A DNA stretch of 64,000 nucleotides from an uncultured Alistipes sp. (GCA_964390585.1 CAYMIH010000001.1:8432-72431), one strand, 5' to 3'; positions 29,760 through 39,294 are shown, counted from the stretch's first letter. Translations and numbers: made by a program. The notes: generated from the sequence alone by a model not told the origin.

Positions 29760-30332
29760 CTACTCTGCGAAAAAACATTCCAGTATGCCGCGTGTCTCTC
29801 CCACGGCGTCGTCCAAAATGTCGTTCACCACCACATGGTCGAACTCCGACGCCTTCGATATCTCGAAATCGGCCTTGGCCACGCGCTTGGCTATGGTCTC
29901 GGGCGAATCGGTGCCTCGGCCGACGAGTCGGCGCTCCAGCTCCTCCACCGACGGCGGCATGATGAATATCGAGCAGGCGTCGCGGCCGAATATGCGTTTG
30001 AGGTTGATGCCTCCCATCACGTCCACGTCGAATATTATCACGTTGCCCTTGCCCCATATACGAAGCATCTCGCTCTTGAGAGTACCGTAGCAGGTGCCGT
30101 TGTAGACCTCCTCCCACTCGACGAACTCGCCCGCGGCGACCTTGGCGGCGAACTGTTCCCGAGTCAGGAAAAAGTAATCCGCACCGTCGCGTTCGCTGCC
30201 GCGCGGGCGGCGCGACGTGGCGGAGATCGAAAATTCCAGCTGCGGAAATATCTCCAGCAGCCGTTTCACTATCGTGGTCTTGCCCGAACCGCTCGGGGCG
30301 GAGAAAATAACGAGTTTGCCCGTCTGTTCCAT
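29760..30332 (-). CDS. gmk: Guanylate kinase
   Basis: 'SAPSGSGKTT', 'SATSRRPRG.E.DG.DY.F'. Confidence 0.95.
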   Translation of the reverse strand: MEQTGKLVIFSAPSGSGKTTIVKRLLEIFPQLEFSISATSRRPRGSERDGADYFFLTREQFAAKVAAGEFVEWEEVYNGTCYGTLKSEMLRIWGKGNVIIFDVDVMGGINLKRIFGRDACSIFIMPPSVEELERRLVGRGTDSPETIAKRVAKADFEISKASEFDHVVVNDILDDAVGETRGILECFFAE

Positions 30333-30336
30333 GCGG

Positions 30337-31209
30337 CTATAAAATATTTAGTACCTGTTCCTTTATCTTTTCCAGCTCGTCCTTCATCTTCACCACCAGA
30401 ATCTGCATGTTCGACTCGTTGGCTTTCGATCCGAGGGTGTTTATCTCGCGGCCCATCTCCTGCGCTATGAATCCGAGTTTGCGGCCCGCGGCCTCCTCCG
30501 ATCCCGCCACCTCGCGGAAATAGCGGCAATGGTTGTCCAGACGCACCTTCTCCTCCGTAATGTCGAGTTTTTCGATGTAGAAGATCATCTCCTGCTCCAG
30601 ACGGTTGGTGTCGACATCGACCTTGAGCTGGGCCAGATTCTCGCGGATGCGGGCCTTGATGGTCTCGCACCGCGTCTTCTCGTAAGGCTCCACCTCGCGG
30701 CGGTACTCCTCGATGTTCTCAACGCGATGCAGCAGGTCGGCGATCAGCGTCGCACCCTCCTGCTCACGGAACAGATCGAAGCGGCGCAGAGCCTCGTCCA
30801 GCGCCGTCATCACGGCAGCACGCTCCTCCTCCGACAACTCCTCCGCCTGAGCCGACACCACGTCGGGCAGACGCATCACCGCAGGCACCAGAGCGTCGTA
30901 ATCGGCGTCGATGCCCGAATACGACAGAGCGTCGTTCAGCTGGCGCATGTATTCGCGGAACACCTCTTTGTTCACGGTGGCCGACGTGTGCACCGCCGCG
31001 CTCTCCACCGTTATGCTCACATCGGCCTTGCCGCGCTTTATGGTGCCGCCCGCAACGCTGCGTATGTCGTATTCGAGCGAACGATAGAGCGCGGGCAGCT
31101 TGACTGTAAGATCCAACTGTTTGGAATTGAGCGACCGTATCTCCACGGTTATCTTTTTGGTCGGCAGAGCGATCTCGCTTTTGCCGAATCCCGTCATAGA
31201 TTTTATCAT
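30337..31209 (-). CDS. yicC: YicC/YloC family endoribonuclease
   Basis: 'MIKSMTGFG', 'GRKLGFIAQEMGREINTLGSKA'; start at ATG 31209. Confidence 0.9.
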   Translation of the reverse strand: MIKSMTGFGKSEIALPTKKITVEIRSLNSKQLDLTVKLPALYRSLEYDIRSVAGGTIKRGKADVSITVESAAVHTSATVNKEVFREYMRQLNDALSYSGIDADYDALVPAVMRLPDVVSAQAEELSEEERAAVMTALDEALRRFDLFREQEGATLIADLLHRVENIEEYRREVEPYEKTRCETIKARIRENLAQLKVDVDTNRLEQEMIFYIEKLDITEEKVRLDNHCRYFREVAGSEEAAGRKLGFIAQEMGREINTLGSKANESNMQILVVKMKDELEKIKEQVLNIL

Positions 31210-31234
31210 TGCAATATGATGTTCGAACAATGTG

Positions 31235-31375
31235 CAAAGATACGAATAAGCCGAGGGCAAAAGCAAATTTATTTGCGATTTTGCCGAGGCGAAGTATCTA
31301 AGGCGCAGCCAAAGATAGTAATAAGCGAGAGCAAAAGCAAACGAAGTTTGCATTTTGCCGAGCCGAAGATACGAA
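31235..31375. repeat. Tandem hairpin-forming repeat (2 units plus the start of a third) upstream of yicC
   Basis: CAAAGATA..AATAAGC(C)GAG.GCAAAAGCAAA...TTTGC..TTTTGCCGAG.CGAAG at 31235 and 31310; CGAAGATA again at 31364. Confidence 0.8.
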
Positions 31376-31494
31376 AAATCGCGCGGCGATGTTTTCGATA
31401 TCGCACCGCCGCGAGGCTTTACGCATACAGCGTCCGTAAAACGACTCCGCCCCATCCTGCGCGGACGGGGCGGGAAAGCATGATCGGGGCGGCG

Positions 31495-32316
31495 TTACAT
31501 GCCGTATTCGATCTCGGTGATGTCTAAGAGCGTCCTTTCGGTTCCGTCGACGACGCATTTCACCCGAGCGTTCATAAGTTTACCCTTCGATCGGGAGAAT
31601 ACGGCCGTGAGGCTCGCCTCGGAATACGGAGACTTCGATGCCCCTTTCGGATAATCGAGAACCGTCATTTCGATCGTATCCCCGTTGGATTTGAGTTTCA
31701 GCGTGGCCGATTCATCCTCCTCGAACACTGCTTTCACTTTTTCAAAATCCAGCAATTCCAACATTTTGAGATGCGTATTGCAACGGAACTCTTCCACGGT
31801 CTCGCCGTTCTCAAGCAGCTTGTACGTGCCGTTTTCGAATATCTGGGTCGAATGTTTCGCGTCGTTCCACTCGAAGCGGGCCGTGATGCCGTCATCGTTT
31901 TTCGACGCCTTGATAACGGCACTGATACGCTCTCCGTCGGGAGAAAAATCATATATCATGACATGGCCCGATTTGCGCGTATCCTTCATCAACGCCGTGA
32001 ATTTGATACTGAAATTCTCCGACGCATTCAAATCGGCCAGAGCCTGTTCTATTATCGCGTGGTTCTCGGCGGCACGCGCATTGTCTCCGCCGCCGTTGAT
32101 CCCCAGAAATATGCCTACGGCCAGCACGGCCGCAGCTGCCGTCAGGTGCAAAGCCCTCCGCAGGTCGAATATGCGTCGGCGCTTTTCGATCGTGCGGAAA
32201 TCGAATCGGGCTTCGGGCGCAAATTCGGGAGTAAGATCGTTTATGATGCGTTCCGTCCGAGTCGGGTCGTTGCCGTCGAACAGCTCGCGGTCCTCTTCAA
32301 AAAAATTCCTTTTCAT
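31495..32316 (-). CDS. Putative membrane-anchored anti-sigma factor
   Basis: Single TM 'LTAAAAVLAVGIFLGI' after a short cytoplasmic segment; directly downstream of the ECF sigma gene. Confidence 0.55.
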   Translation of the reverse strand: MKRNFFEEDRELFDGNDPTRTERIINDLTPEFAPEARFDFRTIEKRRRIFDLRRALHLTAAAAVLAVGIFLGINGGGDNARAAENHAIIEQALADLNASENFSIKFTALMKDTRKSGHVMIYDFSPDGERISAVIKASKNDDGITARFEWNDAKHSTQIFENGTYKLLENGETVEEFRCNTHLKMLELLDFEKVKAVFEEDESATLKLKSNGDTIEMTVLDYPKGASKSPYSEASLTAVFSRSKGKLMNARVKCVVDGTERTLLDITEIEYGM

Positions 32317-32340
32317 GTGTGATTACGTTTTTTAATTTGT

Positions 32341-32862
32341 TCAATCCGACAATTCATCCGCCGCGCCCGCTTCGCGCAACTTCGCAATACCGTATCTGTA
32401 ACGCGACTTGGCCGTCGCCACGGGCACTTCGGTGATCTCCGCTATCTCCGCGAACGAACGTCCGCCGTGGATGCGCAGCCGTATCGTCTCGCTCTGCTCC
32501 GCAGGCAGGAGCGCAAGCATACGGTCGATTCGAAGAAACTCGCGTTCGAAACGGTCGGGGGCCGTGTCGTCGTCGGCAAGGCCGCGCAACACCGTTTCGT
32601 CGACGAACCGCCGTCGGCCCCGACTCCGCAAGCGCGATGTGCAGGCGTTCGACAGACTGCGGTAGATGTAGCTGTCGAGTCGGTCGACATTCCGCAGCGC
32701 GCTCCTTTTGGAGTGCATGGCCAGATAGAGATCCTGCAACAGATCCTCGGCCTCCTCGGGGCTGCCGAGCCGATAGCATGCGTATCGGTAGAGGTCGTTC
32801 TTCTCCCGTTCCATGATCTCGGTAACACGGGCGAGGCAGTAATTTTCGATGTCTTGTTTCAT
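32341..32862 (-). CDS. ECF-type RNA polymerase sigma-70 factor
   Basis: 'EAEDLLQDLY' region 2; 'LPAEQSETIRLR..GGRSFAEIAEIT.VP..TAKSR' region 4. Confidence 0.88.
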   Translation of the reverse strand: MKQDIENYCLARVTEIMEREKNDLYRYACYRLGSPEEAEDLLQDLYLAMHSKRSALRNVDRLDSYIYRSLSNACTSRLRSRGRRRFVDETVLRGLADDDTAPDRFEREFLRIDRMLALLPAEQSETIRLRIHGGRSFAEIAEITEVPVATAKSRYRYGIAKLREAGAADELSD

Positions 32863-33099
32863 AAATTCATAGTTCCTTTGCGGAAGCGCTTCCGTATATA
32901 AGACGCCGCGAGACGCGAAAAGATTTAATGCGCGGCGCAAATTTACAAAAGGTACTATCTATTTCGGCTCGCGCGGCTCCCGATAATTATAGTTTATGAA
33001 AGCGTCAGGATTATCGACAAGCAGAGACGAACCGAAGATTAAAACAAAGATTAAAGCCGCAGCAATTACAGCGATGTTTGCTACGGCCTTTCCTGCGAA

Positions 33100-34281
33100 T
33101 TATTGTCGTTTCTCTTCGGGCGGCAAACTCTGGAAATGCCGTGTAGCCCATACTTGAATAAGGAGCATTACGCTTATAAATACAGCGATTTTATATGGTC
33201 CTGCAATATCGTCCATTCCAAAGAATGTTTCGGCGAGAGGAAGTATAATGATGGGCGAGATAAATTGTCCCAAATACAAAGCCGCCGAAAGCAAGGGCAT
33301 TACCGTAGTAGCCGAATTTTTGCCGCCTTTAATGGAAGCAATTGTCATAAAATACGGTACCCCAAATCCATTCGCAAGTCCTATAAAAGCCGAACCTGCA
33401 AGTATCATTGCCATATTGCTTGCATAGGCATAAAACAGATATCCGATTATAAGTGCAACAGGTGGAAAGAACTTGATAGAGGTACGAAAACGCCCCATCG
33501 TCTTTCCGAACACTAACCCCGCAAAGAATGCAATAAGATCAAGCGCCACCATCAACAGCGTTATGGTTGCGGTATCGAGCCCCAATTGTCGGCCCGTAAC
33601 TATGGCAAAATTGGTAGGAAATACAAAAAATACTATTGTAAGCAACAACATACCGATTACCGATGGGTGAAACTTCAATAGTTGGCGAGGTTCGAATGCC
33701 TTACCGCGTTTGTTGGACGAGCCTAACTGTTCGTTCGGCAGCCAACGAATTATCATAAAAAGAGCAATTAATCCGAATACATATACAAGAAACGCATAAT
33801 TCCATTCAATCGATGCCAAAACGCCTGCAAGCAACGTACCTACGACGCCGCCCATCTGGTTCATGGCAGCAGACAATCCCATCAGACGGGCTTGCTCTTC
33901 GGGCGGATAGAAATATGACAACAAGCCTGTGGAGAGCGGCATGATCAAACCGACACTCACACCCAACAGAGCCCTCATCACCAACAAAAAATTCAAATTG
34001 TCGATAAAGAAACACCCTGTACCTGCCGTCACATACAACAGCAAGCCGACGATCGCAATCGTTCGTGTCCGCCATATTCTGCTGATTTGCAGAAAGAACA
34101 TATTAGTGATAATAATGAACAGCGCAGGCAGACTGATTATTAATTGTATCAAAATTTCGGGCGATGATGCAAAATGCTGTCTGATAATGCCCATAGCAGG
34201 AGCAATTGCAGCAGCTGCCATGACCGTCAGAAGCGACATCGACAAGATGGTCGCTGTTACCATTTTTGAAACTTTACTCAT
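33100..34281 (-). CDS. MFS transporter (lower GC)
   Basis: About 12 TM segments; 'RALLGVSVGL..P', 'EQARLMG' MFS motifs. Confidence 0.82.
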   Translation of the reverse strand: MSKVSKMVTATILSMSLLTVMAAAAIAPAMGIIRQHFASSPEILIQLIISLPALFIIITNMFFLQISRIWRTRTIAIVGLLLYVTAGTGCFFIDNLNFLLVMRALLGVSVGLIMPLSTGLLSYFYPPEEQARLMGLSAAMNQMGGVVGTLLAGVLASIEWNYAFLVYVFGLIALFMIIRWLPNEQLGSSNKRGKAFEPRQLLKFHPSVIGMLLLTIVFFVFPTNFAIVTGRQLGLDTATITLLMVALDLIAFFAGLVFGKTMGRFRTSIKFFPPVALIIGYLFYAYASNMAMILAGSAFIGLANGFGVPYFMTIASIKGGKNSATTVMPLLSAALYLGQFISPIIILPLAETFFGMDDIAGPYKIAVFISVMLLIQVWATRHFQSLPPEEKRQ

Positions 34282-34287
34282 ACATTT

Positions 34288-34563
34288 CTACTTTTTTGTC
34301 TTCAACTTCTTCATGAACTCAACGAATGCAGAGTCAAAATCCTTAAAGAGCTCCTCGCTTCTATGCTTCATCATAACGGACCCTAACAGTTTAAGTCCCA
34401 CACAGAATCGGATGGCTTCCTCCTCGCTGTTAAATTGACCGATTGCTTTGATTTTTTCAACGATGCGAAACAAATCATCGTGGTTTTCAAACTCGAATTC
34501 AAGTCTTCTGCCGCCATCGGCGCTCTCCGTCTTTTCAATTACCGATACACTATATTTATTCAT
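34288..34563 (-). CDS. DUF3861 family protein
   Basis: 'FEFENHDDLF.IVE', 'F.VGLKL.G.VM.KHR', 'F..FMKKLK'. Confidence 0.75.
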   Translation of the reverse strand: MNKYSVSVIEKTESADGGRRLEFEFENHDDLFRIVEKIKAIGQFNSEEEAIRFCVGLKLLGSVMMKHRSEELFKDFDSAFVEFMKKLKTKK

Positions 34564-34595
34564 ATTCAAATAAAAATTATGAAACAACCTTATTT

Positions 34596-34790
34596 CGGAG
34601 CGTAGCGACCTAAGTCCCCTCCGAGGAGGGGATTTAGGGGAGGGTCAGATTCGAATAACGGCGAAAGCCGTGGCACAGACCCTTATACCGTAAGAAGCGA
34701 ACACTCTTTCCATCGGGTTGATTCGCACTATAAGCACTTTAAAAAAAGTGTCCAACCGCAAATCAACTAGATTTACGTGGTTGAACACTA
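34596..34790. other. Multi-hairpin structured non-coding segment (candidate ncRNA or element end)
   Basis: Several stems: CCTAAGTCCCCTC-CGAG-GAGGGGATTTAGG, ACGGC-GAAA-GCCGT, CTTATA/TATAAG with GCGAA/TTCGC, GTGTCCAACCGC/GTGGTTGAACAC. Confidence 0.5.
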
Positions 34791-35122
34791 CATGTTGTTT
34801 TAACGGGTGCAAATTTCCTAAAATATTTTTATCGAACAAATTTTCTTCGTTAATTTGTGCCGCGCCGAAGAAATAATCGCCTTTGCGGCATTAAGAGTTA
34901 CCGCATCGAAGCAAAACAATAACGAACTCTGAAGTGCCATACCATTACCCGATTTTCAATCGATCCGAATAATCGTTTAATTATAAAATAATTGCAATTT
35001 CTGCGATAATTTTGTCCAAAAGCTACGATCCGAGCCGAAAAACAAGCCTTAATATTTTGAATAATCATAATTTTGAGTTTACTTTGTAGAACGAAAGATG
35101 TAATCACTTAATTAATTCGATT

Positions 35123-36193
35123 ATGAAAAAGTATAATTTCTATGCAGGACCGTCAATCCTACCCGACGCCGCATTGGAAGCCGCAGCGAAGGCTATTTTC
35201 GATTTCGAGGGCACGGGCGTGTCGCTCCTCTCGATATCGCACCGCACCAAAGAGTTCCAAAGCGTACTTGACGAAGCCAAAAGCCTTTTCCGAGAACTGC
35301 TGAACATACCCGATAACTATAAAATATATTTCGTCGGCGGAGGCGCCAGCACCCAATTTTTCCATATTCCCGCCAATTTCCTGAAGACCAAGGCGGGCTA
35401 CGTCAATACGGGCGTGTGGACCAAAAAGGCGATCAAGGAGGCCAAGCTCTACGGCGAAGTGGATGTGGTCGCATCGTCGGAGGATAAGAACTTCACCTAC
35501 ATTCCCAAGAATTTCGCAATTCCCGCCGACCTCGATTACCTTTATATATGCACCAACAACACCATCTACGGCACCGAGTATAAGACCGACATCGATTCGC
35601 CCGTGCCTCTCGTCGCCGACATGAGCTCCGACATCCTGAGCCGTCCCGTCGACGTATCGAAATACGCCCTCATCTACGGCGGCGCGCAGAAGAATCTGGC
35701 ACCTGCGGGAGTCACGTTCGTAATCATCCGCAACGACATGTTGGGCCGCGTGGCACGCACACTGCCCACGATGATGAACGTCAACACTCATGTCGACAAC
35801 GATTCGATGTTCAACACCCCGCCCGTGTTCCCCATCTTCGTCCTGCGCGAGACGCTGAAGTGGATGAAGTCCATAGGCGGCATGGACGAGATGTACCGCC
35901 GCAACAAGGAGAAGGCGGCGCTGCTCTACGACGAGATCGACCGCAACACCATGTTCCGCGGAACGGCCGCGGTGGAGGACCGCTCGCTTATGAACATCTG
36001 CTTCGTCATGGCCGAGGGCCGCGAGGATCTGGCTCCCGAGTTTCTGGAGTTCGCGCAGTCGCGCGGCATGGTCGGCGTCAAGGGTCACCGTCTGGTGGGC
36101 GGATTCCGCGCCTCGTGCTACAACGCCTGCCCCAAGGAGTCGGTGGAGGCTCTGGTGGCCTGCATGCGTGAGTTCGAAGAGAAGCATAAATAA
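35123..36193 (+). CDS. serC: Phosphoserine aminotransferase
   Basis: 'NFYAGP', 'SISHR', 'DMSSD', 'YGGAQKN', 'NTPP', '[11 protein letters not shown]'. Confidence 0.95.
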   Translation: MKKYNFYAGPSILPDAALEAAAKAIFDFEGTGVSLLSISHRTKEFQSVLDEAKSLFRELLNIPDNYKIYFVGGGASTQFFHIPANFLKTKAGYVNTGVWTKKAIKEAKLYGEVDVVASSEDKNFTYIPKNFAIPADLDYLYICTNNTIYGTEYKTDIDSPVPLVADMSSDILSRPVDVSKYALIYGGAQKNLAPAGVTFVIIRNDMLGRVARTLPTMMNVNTHVDNDSMFNTPPVFPIFVLRETLKWMKSIGGMDEMYRRNKEKAALLYDEIDRNTMFRGTAAVEDRSLMNICFVMAEGREDLAPEFLEFAQSRGMVGVKGHRLVGGFRASCYNACPKESVEALVACMREFEEKHK

Positions 36194-36303
36194 CAAACAT
36201 GGGATTCAGTTACAATATGCCGACGCGGCTCAATCCGTTCAACGGCGACGTGCTGTTGTGGGAGCCGACGGAAATTACGGAATCCGTATCAATGACCGAG
36301 AAG

Positions 36304-37227
36304 ATGAAAATATTGATAGCTACAGAGAAACCGTTCGCGAAAAAGGCGTCGGACGGGATAAAGGCGATCTTCGCCGAAGCGGGCTACGAAACGGTCCTGC
36401 TCGAAAAATATACCGACAAATCGCAGTTGATCGCCGCCGTGGCCGACGTGCAGGGACTCATCGTGCGCAGCGACAAGGTGACGGCCGAAGTAATCGCCGC
36501 CGCGCCCGAGTTGAAGATAATAGTCCGCGCAGGCGCGGGGTACGACAATATCGACCTCGCCGCCGCGACGGCCAAGGGCATCGTGGTGATGAACACCCCC
36601 GGGCAGAACTCCAACGCCGTGGCGGAGCTCGCGCTGGGCATGATGGTCTACATGGCCCGCAACCGATTCACCCCGGGCACGGGTTCGGAGCTTTCGGGCA
36701 AGACCATAGGCATACACGCCTACGGCAACGTGGGCCGTCTGGTGGGCCGCAAGGCCAAGGCGCTGGGTATGAACGTCGTCGCCTACGACCCCTTCATCAC
36801 CGATGCGGCGGTGTTCGAGAACGACGGAGTGAAGCAGGCATCGAGCGTCGAGGAGCTGTACGCCGCGGCCGATTATCTGTCGCTGCACATACCCGCCACC
36901 GAGCAGACCCGAAAATCGATCGGCTACAAACTGCTCATGTCGATGCCCGAGGGCGCCACGTTAGTCAACACGGCCCGCAAGGAGGTGATCGACGAGGAGG
37001 GACTCAAGGCCGCCCTTACGGAGCGTCCCTCGCTGAAGTACGTGACCGACATAGCACCCGACTGCAAGGACGAACTCGCCGAGCTCTTCGGCAACCGTTT
37101 CTTCGCCACGCCCAAAAAGATGGGCGCCGAGACGGCCGAGGCCAACATAAACGCGGGACTGGCCGCCGCGCGTCAGATCGTGGATTTCATAGAAAACGGA
37201 AATACCCGTTTCCAAGTCAACAGATAG
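36304..37227 (+). CDS. serA: D-3-phosphoglycerate dehydrogenase (short Bacteroidales type)
   Basis: 'MKILIATEKPF', 'RAGAGYDN.D', 'NTPGQN.NAVAEL', 'GNVG'; in-frame upstream ATGs extend to 36199. Confidence 0.85.
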   Translation: MKILIATEKPFAKKASDGIKAIFAEAGYETVLLEKYTDKSQLIAAVADVQGLIVRSDKVTAEVIAAAPELKIIVRAGAGYDNIDLAAATAKGIVVMNTPGQNSNAVAELALGMMVYMARNRFTPGTGSELSGKTIGIHAYGNVGRLVGRKAKALGMNVVAYDPFITDAAVFENDGVKQASSVEELYAAADYLSLHIPATEQTRKSIGYKLLMSMPEGATLVNTARKEVIDEEGLKAALTERPSLKYVTDIAPDCKDELAELFGNRFFATPKKMGAETAEANINAGLAAARQIVDFIENGNTRFQVNR

Positions 37228-37231
37228 CGTT

Positions 37232-38473
37232 ATGGTAAGAGTAAAACCTTTTTGCGGAATACGCCCGCCCAAGGAGTTCGCATCGGAGGTGGCGTCGCGC
37301 CCCTACGATGTACTTAATTCTGCCGAAGCCAAGGCCGAGGCCACGGAGCGTTCGTTGCTGCACATCATAAAGGCCGAGATCGATTTCGATCCCATAGCCG
37401 ACGAGCATTCGCAGGCCGTGTACGACAAGGCCGTGGAGAATTTCCGCGCATGGAAGGAGCGCGGCTGGCTCGTGCAGGACGACGAGGAACACTATTACGT
37501 CTATGCGCAGACGATGGACGGGCGAACGCAGTACGGCATAGCCATGTGCTGCCACTTCGAAGACTATCTCTCGGGAGCGATCAAGAAGCACGAACTTACG
37601 CGTCCCGACAAGGAGGAGGACCGCATGATACACGTGCGCAACCAGAAGGCCAACATAGAGCCCGTGTTCTTTACCTACCCCGACAATGCCGAGATAGACG
37701 CCATAGTGTCGGAGGTCGTGGCTTCGAACGCCCCCGACTACGATTTCACCGCGGCCGACGGCTTCGGGCACAGCATGTGGGTGATCCGCGACGCGGCCAA
37801 GAACCGCCGCATAACCGAGCTGTTCGCCGCCATCCCCGCACTGTATGTCGCCGACGGACACCACCGCACTGCTGCCGCGGCCCGCGTCGGACAGGAGTGC
37901 ATGCGCAACAACCCCGCGCATACGGGCGACGAAGAGTACTGCTACTTCTTAGCCGTGACGTTCCCCGCCTCGCAACTGCGCATCATCGACTACAACCGCG
38001 TGGTGCGCGATCTGAACGGGCTTACGCCCGCCGAACTGTTAGAGCGCCTCGGCGAATCGTTCGCGGTGGAGCGAAAAGGAAGAGAGATATACAAACCGTG
38101 CGCGCTGCACAACTTCTCGATGTACCTCGACGGCGAATGGTACAGCCTCACGGCAAAGGAGGGAACTTACGACGACAGCGATCCCATCGGGGTGTTAGAC
38201 GTTACGGTGCTGTCGAATCTGGTGCTCGACAAGATCCTCGGCATCGCCGATCTGCGCACATCGAAACGCATCGACTTCGTGGGCGGAATACGCGGGCTGG
38301 ACGAACTGAGCCGCCGCGTCGACAGCGGCGAGATGAAAGCGGCATTCGCACTCTACCCCGTCTCGATGCAACAGCTTATCGACATAGCCGACACGGGCAA
38401 CATAATGCCTCCGAAAACCACATGGTTCGAACCGAAGCTGCGTTCGGGAGTGGTGATACACTCGTTCGAATAG
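37232..38473 (+). CDS. DUF1015 family protein
   Basis: 'PYDV', 'IKKHELT', 'YVADGHHR', 'MPPKTTWFEPKLRSG'. Confidence 0.88.
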   Translation: MVRVKPFCGIRPPKEFASEVASRPYDVLNSAEAKAEATERSLLHIIKAEIDFDPIADEHSQAVYDKAVENFRAWKERGWLVQDDEEHYYVYAQTMDGRTQYGIAMCCHFEDYLSGAIKKHELTRPDKEEDRMIHVRNQKANIEPVFFTYPDNAEIDAIVSEVVASNAPDYDFTAADGFGHSMWVIRDAAKNRRITELFAAIPALYVADGHHRTAAAARVGQECMRNNPAHTGDEEYCYFLAVTFPASQLRIIDYNRVVRDLNGLTPAELLERLGESFAVERKGREIYKPCALHNFSMYLDGEWYSLTAKEGTYDDSDPIGVLDVTVLSNLVLDKILGIADLRTSKRIDFVGGIRGLDELSRRVDSGEMKAAFALYPVSMQQLIDIADTGNIMPPKTTWFEPKLRSGVVIHSFE

Positions 38474-38482
38474 CACAAACGT

Positions 38483-38517
38483 AAAATCGGGCAACCCGCA
38501 GCGGGTTGCCCGATTTT
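38483..38517. terminator. Bidirectional terminator (DUF1015 and DUF3298 genes)
   Basis: Perfect inverted repeat AAAATCGGGCAACCCGC-A-GCGGGTTGCCCGATTTT. Confidence 0.75.
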
Positions 38518-38532
38518 CGTATTCGCGCCGCT

Positions 38533-39270
38533 TTATTTCAGCATGTCGTCCATCATGGCGTAGGGAAACTCTATCGCCGTTTTGCCCACGGCATACACGC
38601 CTATGTGATATGGGTCGTACAGAAACGTTATCCCCGTAGCCGAAACAGTGAAGTTCTCGGTGGGCTTCACATCGTCGGGATAATAGCCCATCTGCGCGAG
38701 GCCCTCGGCATCGACCGCTCCCGTCTGCATGCACAGCAGCTTCACGAGCGCCGCGGGCAGCTTGGCTTTCTGCTCCTCGGTAAAGAAATCGTCGAGCGTC
38801 AATCGGCTGCCGTCGTCGAGCGAATAGTTGAGTGCCTTGGTCCAGCCGATCCCGTGGGCACCGCCCGTGTATTGGTATCCCTCTATGACGTATGACAGAG
38901 TGCGGTCGTAAACATCGACGTCCGAGGTGACTATGAGTTCATAATCGCCCTGAGACACGCGGCCGTCGTCGCAATTGTTCGCTTCGCGGAAACGTGCCGC
39001 CGCCATGTCGAACGTCTTTTTCATGGTGCGCGGCATGCGGCCCTCGGCATCGAAGAACTCGCGTCGTGTAGACTCCTCTATCGCCTTGAGCACAGGGCTC
39101 TTGTCGGCGTTCACTATGCGGATGTAGGACATGCGTACCGAAAACGGCTGTTTGGAATCGAACGTCTGCTCGTAGTTCTCGAACGAGAACGCGGGCGCCT
39201 GCTCGCGGCGGCATGAGGCGAAAAGCAGTGCCGCCGCCGACAGAATTGCAAGAATAAGGTTGTTTTTCAT
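38533..39270 (-). CDS. DUF3298/RsiV-like lipoprotein
   Basis: Lipobox 'LFASC'; 'YTGGAHG', 'G.RLTLDD.F', 'F.Y.PY.I..YA.G'. Confidence 0.78.
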   Translation of the reverse strand: MKNNLILAILSAAALLFASCRREQAPAFSFENYEQTFDSKQPFSVRMSYIRIVNADKSPVLKAIEESTRREFFDAEGRMPRTMKKTFDMAAARFREANNCDDGRVSQGDYELIVTSDVDVYDRTLSYVIEGYQYTGGAHGIGWTKALNYSLDDGSRLTLDDFFTEEQKAKLPAALVKLLCMQTGAVDAEGLAQMGYYPDDVKPTENFTVSATGITFLYDPYHIGVYAVGKTAIEFPYAMMDDMLK

Positions 39271-39294
39271 GATCCGAATGAATTTGTTCTTCGG

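Noticed and set aside
31210-31455. Long N-terminal extensions in the ORF track (yicC, also uvrA, mtaB, fmt, DUF3109)
   Set aside because: The extensions run through promoters, repeats or neighbouring genes; family-conserved N-termini begin at the downstream starts used here.
34645-35107. Small minus-strand ORFs (64 aa and 69 aa) in the AT-rich gap
   Set aside because: No recognisable motif; the 64-aa ORF overlaps the hairpin cluster, and the region is better explained as non-coding.
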